From Candidatus Poribacteria bacterium (GTDB taxonomy: Bacteria > Poribacteria > WGA-4E > WGA-3G): a stretch of 64,000 nucleotides of DNA. The notes under the pieces are model-generated. The model made no database searches, was not told the origin of the DNA, and saw only the letters and a program-made list of their open reading frames with translations. The DNA lies in contig OZ242029.1 in assembly GCA_965205015.1 (NCBI GenBank), positions 3,968,001-4,032,000 on the forward strand, given 5' to 3'. The translations under genes and the position numbers were made by a program. Of the stretch, positions 46,107 through 55,334 are shown in pieces. The stretch's first letter is position 1. Every line of letters begins with the position of its first letter.

Positions 46107-46898
46107 TTAATACCCTTTCAGACTACCCCACATCGTCGCGAGTTTCGCCTTGGGGGCCACCGATAACCCTCCACTGTTCGGAATACTGTCGCCGGTAATC
46201 ACAACGTTGTCGAATCGCGCTGTTTGATTCGAGAGTCCCAAACCCGCCGCTCCTGTCAGGAAATCTTGGAACCCATTTAATTGCCATGCTTGAAACCGTT
46301 CAGGTTGTCCTTCTTCTTCCGCATGTTGTTTCCTGATAGCGTTAATACGTTCAAAAGTCCGACGGTTTGGAAGTTGGATAGGCCCAATAACCTGATTACC
46401 GTTAATCCAAAAATTTAGGATATTTTCTTTAACATCTAACTTTAACTTCGACCACTTGTTTAATTTTAAAGATCGATGAAATTTAAAATGTGAAAATACG
46501 AATGTTTGTGGGTCCTGAAAATTGCCAGCAGCAAACCCAGTCCTGGAGACGTTATCGCCAAGTAGCGTATCGCCGATGAAACACCATGCAACCCAACTCC
46601 CTTTGACCCGAGCGGCAATAGCGATATAGCCGGGACCTGGCTTTTCAAGCGGTTTGACATCAAATTCGATGGTGTAATCGCGCCACGTCTCATCACCGAC
46701 CGTGAGTAAACGAATCCAGCCGTCAGGGCTAACCGCATGAAGTTCACGACCAACGATTTTCCAAGAACCGGGCAGGGCATCACGAACGAGAATCTCTTTC
46801 CATGCGCCGAAGTTATTATCAAAATCTTCCAAAAATGTTCCTGCTCTTGCCGAAAAGGCGGCGAGGAAAATAAGACTTACAATCACTACCAACTTCAT
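46107..46898 (-). CDS. Secreted DUF1080-like beta-sandwich protein with C-terminal WG motif
   Basis: Signal peptide (ARA|G); WRDYTIEFDVK, GAAGL..ARFDNVVITG; tail LSVAPKAKLATMWGSLKGY. Confidence 0.7.
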   Translation of the reverse strand: MKLVVIVSLIFLAAFSARAGTFLEDFDNNFGAWKEILVRDALPGSWKIVGRELHAVSPDGWIRLLTVGDETWRDYTIEFDVKPLEKPGPGYIAIAARVKGSWVAWCFIGDTLLGDNVSRTGFAAGNFQDPQTFVFSHFKFHRSLKLNKWSKLKLDVKENILNFWINGNQVIGPIQLPNRRTFERINAIRKQHAEEEGQPERFQAWQLNGFQDFLTGAAGLGLSNQTARFDNVVITGDSIPNSGGLSVAPKAKLATMWGSLKGY

Positions 46899-46946
46899 AT
46901 TGACCCCTTTTACGACGTGTAGGAGCGAGCACCAGTTCGCGATCCC

Positions 46947-48722
46947 TTACACAACTTCCACGAAATCAAATTCGTCTTCCTGCGTTAGTCGAATCACCTC
47001 GTCAACCGTTGTCAATCCAGCAGCGACCTTGCGCCAACCGTCTTCACGTAAGCCTTTCATACCCATTTGAACAGCGAGTCTACGAATCTCACTCGTCGAT
47101 GCCTGCTTGAGTGCCATTGCGCGAATTTCATCCGTCATAAGTAAAACTTCAAAGATGCCGATTCTACCTTTGTAACCCCTCCCCCGGCACTCCTTACATC
47201 CAACTGCCCGCGGAATTTTCAAATCGTAAGAAATAGCCGTACTGTTGCCAGGGCTGTTACCGTTACCCATCAGGCCCGCCAATTCGTGCATGTCGGGAGA
47301 ATACATCTCACAACACGCCTTGCACACACGGCGAGCAAGTCTTTGGGCGATGACCCCCTCTACCGTGGAGGCAACGAGATAGGGTTCAACGTTCATATCG
47401 ATAAGTCGCGTGATTGCACCAGGGGCATCGTTGGTGTGAAGCGTGCTAAAGACGAGGTGTCCTGTGAGGGAGGTATGAATCGCCATCTCGGCAGTTTCAT
47501 AATCCCGAATCTCACCGACCAATACCTTGTCGGGATCCTGCCGTAGGATATGTCGGAGCCCCTGCGCGAAGGTAAAACCTATATCGGGATTGACCTGGAT
47601 CTGGTTAATCCCCTCTAATTCGTACTCTACGGGGTCTTCAAGCGTTATGATTTTGACATCGGGTGAGTTAATCTCTTTCAAACACGCATATAGCGATGTC
47701 GTTTTTCCGCTACCGGTGGGTCCCGTTGCAAGGATGATACCGTACGGTTTACGGATCATACGTTGAAAGAGCTGGAGGTTTTCCTCGGTTAACCCGAGTT
47801 CTTCAAGCCCGAATTCTATAGATTGACGATCGAGGATACGGAGGACAACGCTTTCACCGTGCAGTGTGGCGACTGTTGGCACCGTAGAGACGCGAAGGTC
47901 TATTTGCCGGTTACCGACGCTCCCAATCTGCCGACTGATTTTTCCATCTTGTGGACGTCTCCGTTCTGCGACATCCATCCCCGCCATGATTTTGATACGC
48001 GAAGTGATGGCAGATTGGAGATAGGCGGGGGGTTGCGGCTGATCCTCCAGCACGCCATCGACACGGAAACGGATTTTCAGTTGCGTCGGGTAGGGCTCAA
48101 TGTGGATATCGCTGGCTCCCATTCGGACGGCATCGATAATCATCTGGTCAACGGCGTGTATAACTGTCGGATCTTGGCTGAGGTCTTTCTCATCAATGCC
48201 GAAATCGTCAATCGTCTCGCGTTCAAGCGTGGCAGTTGCACCCACGGGTCCCTTGATACCCGCACTGAGGAGGCTTTCAGCGGTGCGTCCATAGAGACGA
48301 ACGATTGCCTCGTCAATATCCGTTTCATCCGCAAGGATAGGTGTAATTTGGCAATTTGTGATGAGTTCAATCTCGTCAATGAGAACGACATCCAAAACAT
48401 CCACCATCACAACCGTGAGTTGATCTCCGATCAACTCTATAGGGACGATTTTATTTCGGTACGCGAACCCGGGTGACACCTTTTCAAGCACGGCAGATTC
48501 AGGAGAAATCCCTTCTAATTGAATGAAAGATGTGCCGCATTCGACACTTTTTGTGGCGAGTGCAAGGATATTGGAGGGTACGCCATGCTTAGAAAGCACA
48601 GCGGCTTCGGATACGCCGGTCTGTTTTATTTCTGCAACGATCTCTGTGTAGTCTTGTTCAGAAATGAGAGATGCCTGTCGCATCACCTCAACAAGCGAAT
48701 CCGTATTCAGCGTCTGTTGCAT
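46947..48722 (-). CDS. gspE: T2SS ATPase GspE/PilB
   Basis: ASDIHIEP, GPTGSGKTT, TLEDPVE, LRQDPD, TGHLVFSTLHTN, CxxC Zn motifs. Confidence 0.95.
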   Translation of the reverse strand: MQQTLNTDSLVEVMRQASLISEQDYTEIVAEIKQTGVSEAAVLSKHGVPSNILALATKSVECGTSFIQLEGISPESAVLEKVSPGFAYRNKIVPIELIGDQLTVVMVDVLDVVLIDEIELITNCQITPILADETDIDEAIVRLYGRTAESLLSAGIKGPVGATATLERETIDDFGIDEKDLSQDPTVIHAVDQMIIDAVRMGASDIHIEPYPTQLKIRFRVDGVLEDQPQPPAYLQSAITSRIKIMAGMDVAERRRPQDGKISRQIGSVGNRQIDLRVSTVPTVATLHGESVVLRILDRQSIEFGLEELGLTEENLQLFQRMIRKPYGIILATGPTGSGKTTSLYACLKEINSPDVKIITLEDPVEYELEGINQIQVNPDIGFTFAQGLRHILRQDPDKVLVGEIRDYETAEMAIHTSLTGHLVFSTLHTNDAPGAITRLIDMNVEPYLVASTVEGVIAQRLARRVCKACCEMYSPDMHELAGLMGNGNSPGNSTAISYDLKIPRAVGCKECRGRGYKGRIGIFEVLLMTDEIRAMALKQASTSEIRRLAVQMGMKGLREDGWRKVAAGLTTVDEVIRLTQEDEFDFVEVV

Positions 48723-48864
48723 AGTGTAAAAGCTCTACTTTTCGTTGGGATCCGGGACCTCACGCGAGAAGTAGCCTCTATGTTGTTTTTTCTATGAATC
48801 TATCGTATAGTCTCTGTTGTTGCTAATTAAGACGCAGGAGATAGAGATAAGTTTAACAAGCAAC

Positions 48865-50049
48865 CTATTCCTCAATCCGTCGGATCGCTTTTTTCGCTGC
48901 GTCGCGAACGGCTTTAGCACTATCATTGAGGGCGTGTGTCAAAGCAGTCCGCACGTCAGGAGATGTTGCACGCATTTCGCCTAATTCATCAGCGGCATTG
49001 CGTCGGACATCCTCGTCAGTATCGCGTAGGGCTTCAAGGAGCGGTTTCACGACCACCTCTCCAGAATTACCGTCGTCTACGAGTGCCTCACCGATTGCCC
49101 CAAGCACATCAACGATGTGTCCACGCGTTACGGCTGACGGACTCTTCGTAAGCGCATCCGTCAACATCGGTGTGATCGTCGCAGCGGTGCTTTCGCCTAA
49201 TTCAATTAAGGCATCTTCGGCATTCGCTCGCACGGATTTAGAACCGTCAGACAGCGCGCCTATCAACGCAGTAAACGTTTGGGTAGAGGCGGCTCGTATA
49301 TCAGACAACTCCTCAATCGCATTCGTTCGGACTTTTGTCGACTTATCATTGAGACTGGCAATTAAAGCATCTCGGATCGTATCGGTGGGCTGCCCATTTT
49401 TGGCGAGGATTTCGCCGATCCGTCCTAAAACATCGAGGACATCGCTGCGTGCGCTCGATGAACCTCTCGTCCGTACCGCTGTGAGTGCTGGTACGACGAC
49501 AGCAACCGATTCCGCGGATGTCGGACGCACATCGTCCAATTCCTGAACTGCCTCACGAAAAACATCATCCGAAGCGTCTTGAAGTGCCATCGCTAAACCG
49601 ATCGCAGCGGTATCATAATTATTGCCTGCTTTTCTCTCTCGTTCACCGATTTCACCTAATGCTTCAACAGCCTCTTCGCGGACGCGCCTATCCGGATCTT
49701 GAAGCATCGCGACGAGGGCAGGTGTGCCGGGACTCCCAATCTCTTCAAGGAAGTCCACATACTCACGTCTTACATCATCAGATTCATCCGCCAAAGTTGG
49801 GGCGATCTGTGCAAGCAATTCAGATTGCCATTTCGCTTCTATCATTCTATGCTTCGCTTTGATCGCATCGAGTTCAGCGGCGAGTTCCGATAGCGGACTC
49901 TCCTGTGATTCTGCTGTCGCCTCGTGGAGCTGGACTATTTGACGAATCCCTAAACCGATGAAGATACCAATAACAGCTATCATCACCCAAGACCATTGTC
50001 TCACAGGTGCTGTAGTGTTCACATTCGGTGTAAATCTTTTCTGAATCAT
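48865..50049 (-). CDS. Single-TM HEAT-repeat protein
   Basis: N-terminal TM, short coiled coil, ~8 LxDxxxxVRxxAxxAL repeats. Confidence 0.85.
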   Translation of the reverse strand: MIQKRFTPNVNTTAPVRQWSWVMIAVIGIFIGLGIRQIVQLHEATAESQESPLSELAAELDAIKAKHRMIEAKWQSELLAQIAPTLADESDDVRREYVDFLEEIGSPGTPALVAMLQDPDRRVREEAVEALGEIGERERKAGNNYDTAAIGLAMALQDASDDVFREAVQELDDVRPTSAESVAVVVPALTAVRTRGSSSARSDVLDVLGRIGEILAKNGQPTDTIRDALIASLNDKSTKVRTNAIEELSDIRAASTQTFTALIGALSDGSKSVRANAEDALIELGESTAATITPMLTDALTKSPSAVTRGHIVDVLGAIGEALVDDGNSGEVVVKPLLEALRDTDEDVRRNAADELGEMRATSPDVRTALTHALNDSAKAVRDAAKKAIRRIEE

Positions 50050-50073
50050 TGTTGACTCCTTAATTCGTTGTGT

Positions 50074-51798
50074 CTACTGAGACGACTCCCATTGAACATC
50101 CATGTTCCAAAGTAAAAACGGCACCAGTTTTGCGATCATCTCAATGGCGGTTTCTTCCTCCGACAACGTTACTTCCAGCAAAGCCGTATCATCCTTGATT
50201 GAAAGCCAAGTGAGCAACAGTGGTATCTCTTTAGCATCGACGAGCAGTTTGTCAGAAGGTGGTGCGCCTTTTTCCATCTCCAGAACCCGCGCTAAATTGA
50301 GTTGTGCAAACATTGTAGGTGTTTTTGGCACCAGTTTTAAGTAGGAAGGTTTCTTTTTCTGTTTAATTCCATCAATAAGTTTATAGATTTGTTTCTCTGA
50401 GAATCCCACAAGAAACAGTCCATCTATATCACTGTAATAGATATTCGAGGCGAACCCTGATACTGTAGTGCCTTTGTACTCTGTTTGGGAAACAGAAGTA
50501 CTTTGTAGATTAGAAAGGGAATTGCCGATCAGATTCCATTTCATCCTGTTGCTGGGACTAAAAATAATGCCACCATTCGTTTCCACATCACTCGCATCAA
50601 TCGCAAGGGCACCATCTACGTCAACCCGAATCCCGCTTAACGCTTCCGGATCGAAGTGTGTGAGGTCAGGGACCGACAAAGCGACTTCACCCGTCAATCC
50701 AGCCATAATGTCCTCGTCCAAATCAAGATTTAGGAGTCCTTCCAAAAAAGAGATTGCCGTCGGGTCTTTATCCATCCCGGTGCGAGCCAACTCCCATGAA
50801 CCTTCCAAGACATCGGGCGTTACAGCAACAAACAGGTCATCTTCACCGGATACTGCATTTAAGGTTTCAAGCCCTTGTCCCTCCTTTAGAAACGGACCTA
50901 TCTCGTTTTCTGGTGGATTCGGCGTCAATTGCGCCGCAATTTGAAGGAAGGGATCTGTTTCCAGAAAATTGAGCCGTCCAAACGCAGATTGAAAAATCGC
51001 GAGGTTCCTGCGTTCCCGCCTCCCTAAACCTACCCCTAAATCCACCTCAGGCAACATAGGCAGAACCTTCGCAAATACGATCACTTCTCCTGACCCAATT
51101 TTCTCTAACGCTCCGGCAAATTCCGTGTTCTGCTGAATAGAAGGCATGTCCGTTCGGTAGGTATCTATCAATTTTTCAAAACTTCCGTCCCCTGCCCCGA
51201 TCACAAGAAAATCGTCTACAAACCCATATTTCACGATAGCGTTGAACCTCTCCAACGCGTTGTAACGGACTCGCTGGTAGACACCTGCTTCTATACGCAA
51301 GGTATTTGCACTATCCATCCCTATAAGTCCCTCTACAATCTTAGTCACCTGCTGGAGTTTATCGAGATTTCCGCCCGAATGTATTACGACACCGACCTGA
51401 TGATCGCGAGGTTCATCTGGCCACATTGCTAATGCCGTTTGGTAACCCACCGTCTCAATTATGTCCAAGGGGTTAGTCCCAAGTACGCCTTGTAACATAG
51501 CGAGTCCCTGCTGCATCTCCTGCCAATCCGATAGTTCCGGTAAGAGTGCAAGGGCTTTCTCCCAATTTTCTGAAATCTCAATCTCACCGTAGACTTCATC
51601 CAAATCCTGGAGTTTCACATAGAGGATACTCTCTTTGGGCATAAAATCTTCTACCTTCGCGGCATGGGCAAAAGGTAGCATCAACACGACCGGAACGACA
51701 CAGCATGTTTTGAGAACCGCTCGCAAACTATCCTCAAAAAGCGTCGCTACGCCTTGAGGAAAAAATTGATGCCATTTCCATAAAAATTTTGCAGTCAT
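50074..51798 (-). CDS. Exported hypothetical protein (possibly DUF3352-like)
   Basis: Signal-like N-terminus; two YxGxxV..DxFLVxG segments; long ORF co-oriented with the T2SS cluster. Confidence 0.55.
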   Translation of the reverse strand: MTAKFLWKWHQFFPQGVATLFEDSLRAVLKTCCVVPVVLMLPFAHAAKVEDFMPKESILYVKLQDLDEVYGEIEISENWEKALALLPELSDWQEMQQGLAMLQGVLGTNPLDIIETVGYQTALAMWPDEPRDHQVGVVIHSGGNLDKLQQVTKIVEGLIGMDSANTLRIEAGVYQRVRYNALERFNAIVKYGFVDDFLVIGAGDGSFEKLIDTYRTDMPSIQQNTEFAGALEKIGSGEVIVFAKVLPMLPEVDLGVGLGRRERRNLAIFQSAFGRLNFLETDPFLQIAAQLTPNPPENEIGPFLKEGQGLETLNAVSGEDDLFVAVTPDVLEGSWELARTGMDKDPTAISFLEGLLNLDLDEDIMAGLTGEVALSVPDLTHFDPEALSGIRVDVDGALAIDASDVETNGGIIFSPSNRMKWNLIGNSLSNLQSTSVSQTEYKGTTVSGFASNIYYSDIDGLFLVGFSEKQIYKLIDGIKQKKKPSYLKLVPKTPTMFAQLNLARVLEMEKGAPPSDKLLVDAKEIPLLLTWLSIKDDTALLEVTLSEEETAIEMIAKLVPFLLWNMDVQWESSQ

Positions 51799-51808
51799 TG
51801 CAAACCTC

Positions 51809-51828
51809 TTTTTAATTTTACCTTGCGG
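51809..51828. repeat. Dispersed repeat TTTTTAATTTTACCTTGCGG (copy 2)
   Basis: Identical to 14589-14608; both followed downstream by CTCCATTTCATT. Confidence 0.8.
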
Positions 51829-51999
51829 TTAAACAACCTGATATTCGACTTTTGACGCTTCTTCCTTATATCTGAAGAAACACCCAAGCAATACGCAGAA
51901 ATACCCTATCAAAAACACCCCTCCATTTCATTACGGACTACGCGCTTTGGTGGATGTTTTTAAGAAAGTTTTGTCGAAGGAACACGACATCTCCTATTT

Positions 52000-53697
52000 T
52001 TAGGGAACCCGGATGTCATCAACGAGTGCTTGAACTTCACTCGGTGGTGGTGGTGTCAGAGCAGCTACGGAAATAGAGACAATGAAGTTTAGCACCATGC
52101 CGAGGGTCCCGATCCCTTCGGGTGAAATGCCCCATAACCAATGCTCTGGTGTGTTTAATTCTGGACTAATAAACTTAAAATAAATGATATACGCCGCTGT
52201 AAAGGTGATACCGACGATCATGCCACTGACTGCCCCGGCTTTGTTCATGCGTTTCGAGAAGATACCCATCACAATCGCGGGGAAAAATGAACTCGCCGCG
52301 AGACCAAAGGCGAACGCGACGACCTGCGCTACGAATCCGGGTGGGTTTATGCCGAAATATCCAGCGATACAGACTGCGACGCCTGCGGCAATACGTGCAG
52401 CCGTCAATTCCTGTTTTTCCTGTAGCGTCGGCATCATCGTCCCTTTCAGAAGATCATGCGCAACAGCGGTGGAAATGACCAGTAGCAAACCCGCGGCGGT
52501 CGAGAGCGCTGCCGCTAAACCGCCAGCAGCCACTAAACCGACAATCCAGTTCGGGAGTTTCGCGATCTCAGGATTTGCCAGCACCATGATGTCTCGATCA
52601 ATTGTCAACTCATTCTGAACATCCGAGTTTGGACCGCGGTACTGGATCGTACCGTCGCCGTTCAGATCGTCGAACTGAATGAGACCTGTTGCCTCCCAAT
52701 TTTTAAACCAATCCGGGGCATCCTCATATTTCACATCCGTCAACTGACCGTTTTGTTCATAACTGACAGTGTTGAGCAGGTTTGTGCGTGCAAATATAGC
52801 CACTGCGGGTGCTGTTGTATAGAGAAGCGCGATGAACAGCAGTGCCCATCCCGCAGAAATCCGGGCTTCAGATGCCTTTCGCACGGTATAGAATCGGATA
52901 ATCACGTGCGGCAGCCCCGCGGTTCCCAACATCAACGCCGCCGTAATAAAAAAGACATCAATCGTGGCTTTATTGCCATCTGTATAGCGGTTAAACCCCA
53001 ATTGCTCGTTCAGACCGTTGAGTCTGTCAAGGAGATAAAGCCCTGAACCATCCGTCACTTTCCCCATCAGCCCCATCTGCGGGATAGCGTTGCCTGTAAT
53101 GAGGATAGAGATAAAAATAGCAGGCACGAGATAGGCGAAAATCAGCACGCAGTACTGTGCTACCTGCGTATAGGTAATACCTTTCATCCCGCCAAGGACG
53201 GCATAGAAGAACACGATCCCCATGCCGATAAGTACCCCTGTTTCAACATTGACACTCAGGAACCGAGAGAAGACAATGCCGACACCGCGCATCTGTCCTG
53301 CGACGTAAGTAAAGGAGACAAAAATCGCACACACCACTGCAACAATCCGAGCCAATTGCGAGTAATATCGGTCGCCCACGAAATCGGGCACGGTATACTT
53401 CCCGAATTTACGGAGATAGGGTGCCAATAGCAAGGCGAGTAGGACGTAGCCGCCTGTCCATCCTAGTAGATAGACGGATCCATCGCGTCCCATGAACGAG
53501 ATCATTCCTGCCATTGCGATAAAGGACGCTGCGCTCATCCAATCCGCCGCCGTTGCCATACCGTTCACAACGGGATGCACGTTGCTCCCAGCGACATAGA
53601 AATCGCCAGTCGAGCGTGCCTTAGACCAGAGTGCCACGCCAATATACAACGCGAAGGAGAGTGCCACCATTACGAAAGTCCATGCTTCTACGTTCAT
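52000..53697 (-). CDS. actP: Cation/acetate symporter (sodium:solute symporter family)
   Basis: NGMATAADWMSAASF, TYTQVAQY, GTAGLPHVIIRFYTV, AAALSTAAGLLL. Confidence 0.88.
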   Translation of the reverse strand: MNVEAWTFVMVALSFALYIGVALWSKARSTGDFYVAGSNVHPVVNGMATAADWMSAASFIAMAGMISFMGRDGSVYLLGWTGGYVLLALLLAPYLRKFGKYTVPDFVGDRYYSQLARIVAVVCAIFVSFTYVAGQMRGVGIVFSRFLSVNVETGVLIGMGIVFFYAVLGGMKGITYTQVAQYCVLIFAYLVPAIFISILITGNAIPQMGLMGKVTDGSGLYLLDRLNGLNEQLGFNRYTDGNKATIDVFFITAALMLGTAGLPHVIIRFYTVRKASEARISAGWALLFIALLYTTAPAVAIFARTNLLNTVSYEQNGQLTDVKYEDAPDWFKNWEATGLIQFDDLNGDGTIQYRGPNSDVQNELTIDRDIMVLANPEIAKLPNWIVGLVAAGGLAAALSTAAGLLLVISTAVAHDLLKGTMMPTLQEKQELTAARIAAGVAVCIAGYFGINPPGFVAQVVAFAFGLAASSFFPAIVMGIFSKRMNKAGAVSGMIVGITFTAAYIIYFKFISPELNTPEHWLWGISPEGIGTLGMVLNFIVSISVAALTPPPPSEVQALVDDIRVP

Positions 53698-53699
53698 AT

Positions 53700-53975
53700 T
53701 TAGTCTGTGTCCTCCTCGGCTTCGCGCTGGCTATATTTCCGCTCTAAACGGTTCATCAACCACGCGTAAACAAAGATAAGTTCAACGAAAATCCAGATGG
53801 ATGCCTGTTGTGCAAAATAGAAACCGAGCGGACAGCCTCCAATACGGATTTTGTCCAGCTGCTCTACGAACACAACTGAGCAGAGATATGAGGTAATAAA
53901 CCAAATGCCTAATAAAATAGCGAGATATTGGAGGTTCTTTCGCCAATATGCCTTATTTTTCGATGATGACTCCAT
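53700..53975 (-). CDS. DUF4212 small subunit of solute:sodium symporter
   Basis: AYWRKNL, PLGFYFAQQAS, YAWLMNRLE; directly upstream of actP. Confidence 0.88.
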   Translation of the reverse strand: MESSSKNKAYWRKNLQYLAILLGIWFITSYLCSVVFVEQLDKIRIGGCPLGFYFAQQASIWIFVELIFVYAWLMNRLERKYSQREAEEDTD

Positions 53976-54165
53976 AAATTGTCCTCCTCATGCGACGGCG
54001 AGATCACAGATTACTGCCAAAAGGTGTTTCGTCTCTGCAGCATATCAAATTGTTAGGGTTCAGGTCAAATTAATTTGGATGTGAACAGTTTGCTGCGTTG
54101 TGTTCACACTGATTTCGGCGCCTGCAACCAAAGGAGAAAAACAAACATAAATCCGAGATCCATCT

Positions 54166-54192
54166 GTTTGTAGTGATGCGATTTATCGCATC
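54166..54192. repeat. GTAG-type REP palindrome
   Basis: GTTTGTAGTGATGCGATTTATCGCATC, 23/27 identical to the reverse complement of 12529-12555. Confidence 0.75.
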
Positions 54193-54212
54193 CATGCGTA
54201 ACGCCTGACCTA

Positions 54213-54800
54213 TCAGTAATTCTGCGGAAACATTAACCGTTCAACCTGTTCAATCAGAATGTGAAGGACTTTAATATGGATTTCCTGAATGCGATCCGCG
54301 GTGTCGCCTGGCGCAATGAGATAACTATCGCAATGTTGTTTGAGGTATCCACCCTCTCTCCCTAACAACCCAAACACTTGCATCCCACGAGATTTCGCTG
54401 CCACCGCCGCACGCACAACGTTTTCAGAATTTCCGCTGGTTGACAGCACCACAAGCAGGTCCCCGGGATGTCCAAGTGCCAGCAATGGACGTGCGAAGAC
54501 TTCTACGAATCCGAAATCGTTCGCCGTGCAAGTGATATGTCCCGCGTCACCGAGTGCAATCGCTGGAAGTGGTTTCCGATCGCTCCGAAACTTACCCGTG
54601 CATTCCTCAGCAAAATGGATCGCATCGCACAAACTCCCACCATTTCCACAGGTAAAGACACGACCTTCCCGTTCAAATACATCTCGGATTAATGCTGCGG
54701 TTTCCGCGAGGGTCGCAATATTTTCAGGATTTCGGATAAATCGATCAAGCACATCTCGTGCTTCCAACAACGCATCGCGGATACTATGCAAAATGTCCAC
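54213..54800 (-). CDS. gmhA: D-sedoheptulose 7-phosphate isomerase
   Basis: CGNGGSLCDAIHFAEE, ANDFG, STSGNS, DRIQEIH. Confidence 0.93.
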   Translation of the reverse strand: MDILHSIRDALLEARDVLDRFIRNPENIATLAETAALIRDVFEREGRVFTCGNGGSLCDAIHFAEECTGKFRSDRKPLPAIALGDAGHITCTANDFGFVEVFARPLLALGHPGDLLVVLSTSGNSENVVRAAVAAKSRGMQVFGLLGREGGYLKQHCDSYLIAPGDTADRIQEIHIKVLHILIEQVERLMFPQNY

Positions 54801-54864
54801 TGTATTCCCTCTGTTTTCTTATGGATGATTTCTATAATATGCTGTTTCCGGTTGCACCAAGTAG

Positions 54865-54896
54865 AAAAAAGGCAGGGTAACCCGCGGCCCCTGCCT
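54865..54896 (-). terminator. Rho-independent terminator
   Basis: AGGCAGGG/CCCTGCCT stem preceded by A6. Confidence 0.65.
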
Positions 54897-54948
54897 ATAT
54901 TTCAATATTGTGTCTCGAAAATCATTACTTATAACGGCATAAACGCCA

Positions 54949-55140
54949 TCAGGCTTGGTTGTCACGTTTGGCTGACGGTGGCGATATATATTTCCAACCT
55001 TCCGCTTTGTTCTTTATATTTTCTGCCTTCAAATAATCGACAAGTTCCTCCATGGTTTTGAACCGGGCGTTGAATTCTGCTTTCATCCGATAGCATTCTT
55101 CAAGAACGGGATCCATGGGTGGGTGTTGTTCCTCTTTCAT
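54949..55140 (-). CDS. Small protein (DPVLEE motif), putative partner of a PIN toxin
   Basis: GAGGAG RBS; DPVLEECYRMK..F..MEELVDYL. Confidence 0.6.
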   Translation of the reverse strand: MKEEQHPPMDPVLEECYRMKAEFNARFKTMEELVDYLKAENIKNKAEGWKYISPPSAKRDNQA

Positions 55141-55260
55141 TTGTATCTCCTCGATTAACTCTGCGGGAGTGCAAAGGATTATAGGTTGGTATCCAGCGGC
55201 TTGACAAACTTGATCAATATGCTGTCGCTTCGTCTCGCTTACAATATGTTTATAGTTCCA
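55141..55260 (-). pseudogene. 3' remnant of a PIN/VapC-like gene
   Basis: Translates WNYKHIVSETKRQHIDQVCQAAGYQPIILCTPAELIEE; in-frame TAA two codons upstream and no start codon. Confidence 0.7.
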
Positions 55261-55334
55261 ATTTTATCATAAGGTGTTACTTAATTTCAAATCGTTTTTC
55301 CATTAGATATGCGGCATTGTTCTGTCAACTATTC

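Noticed and set aside
33084-48722. Type IV pilus rather than T2SS
   Set aside because: Canonical GspG signature, GspK present, GspD-type N domains and no PilT retraction ATPase in the window
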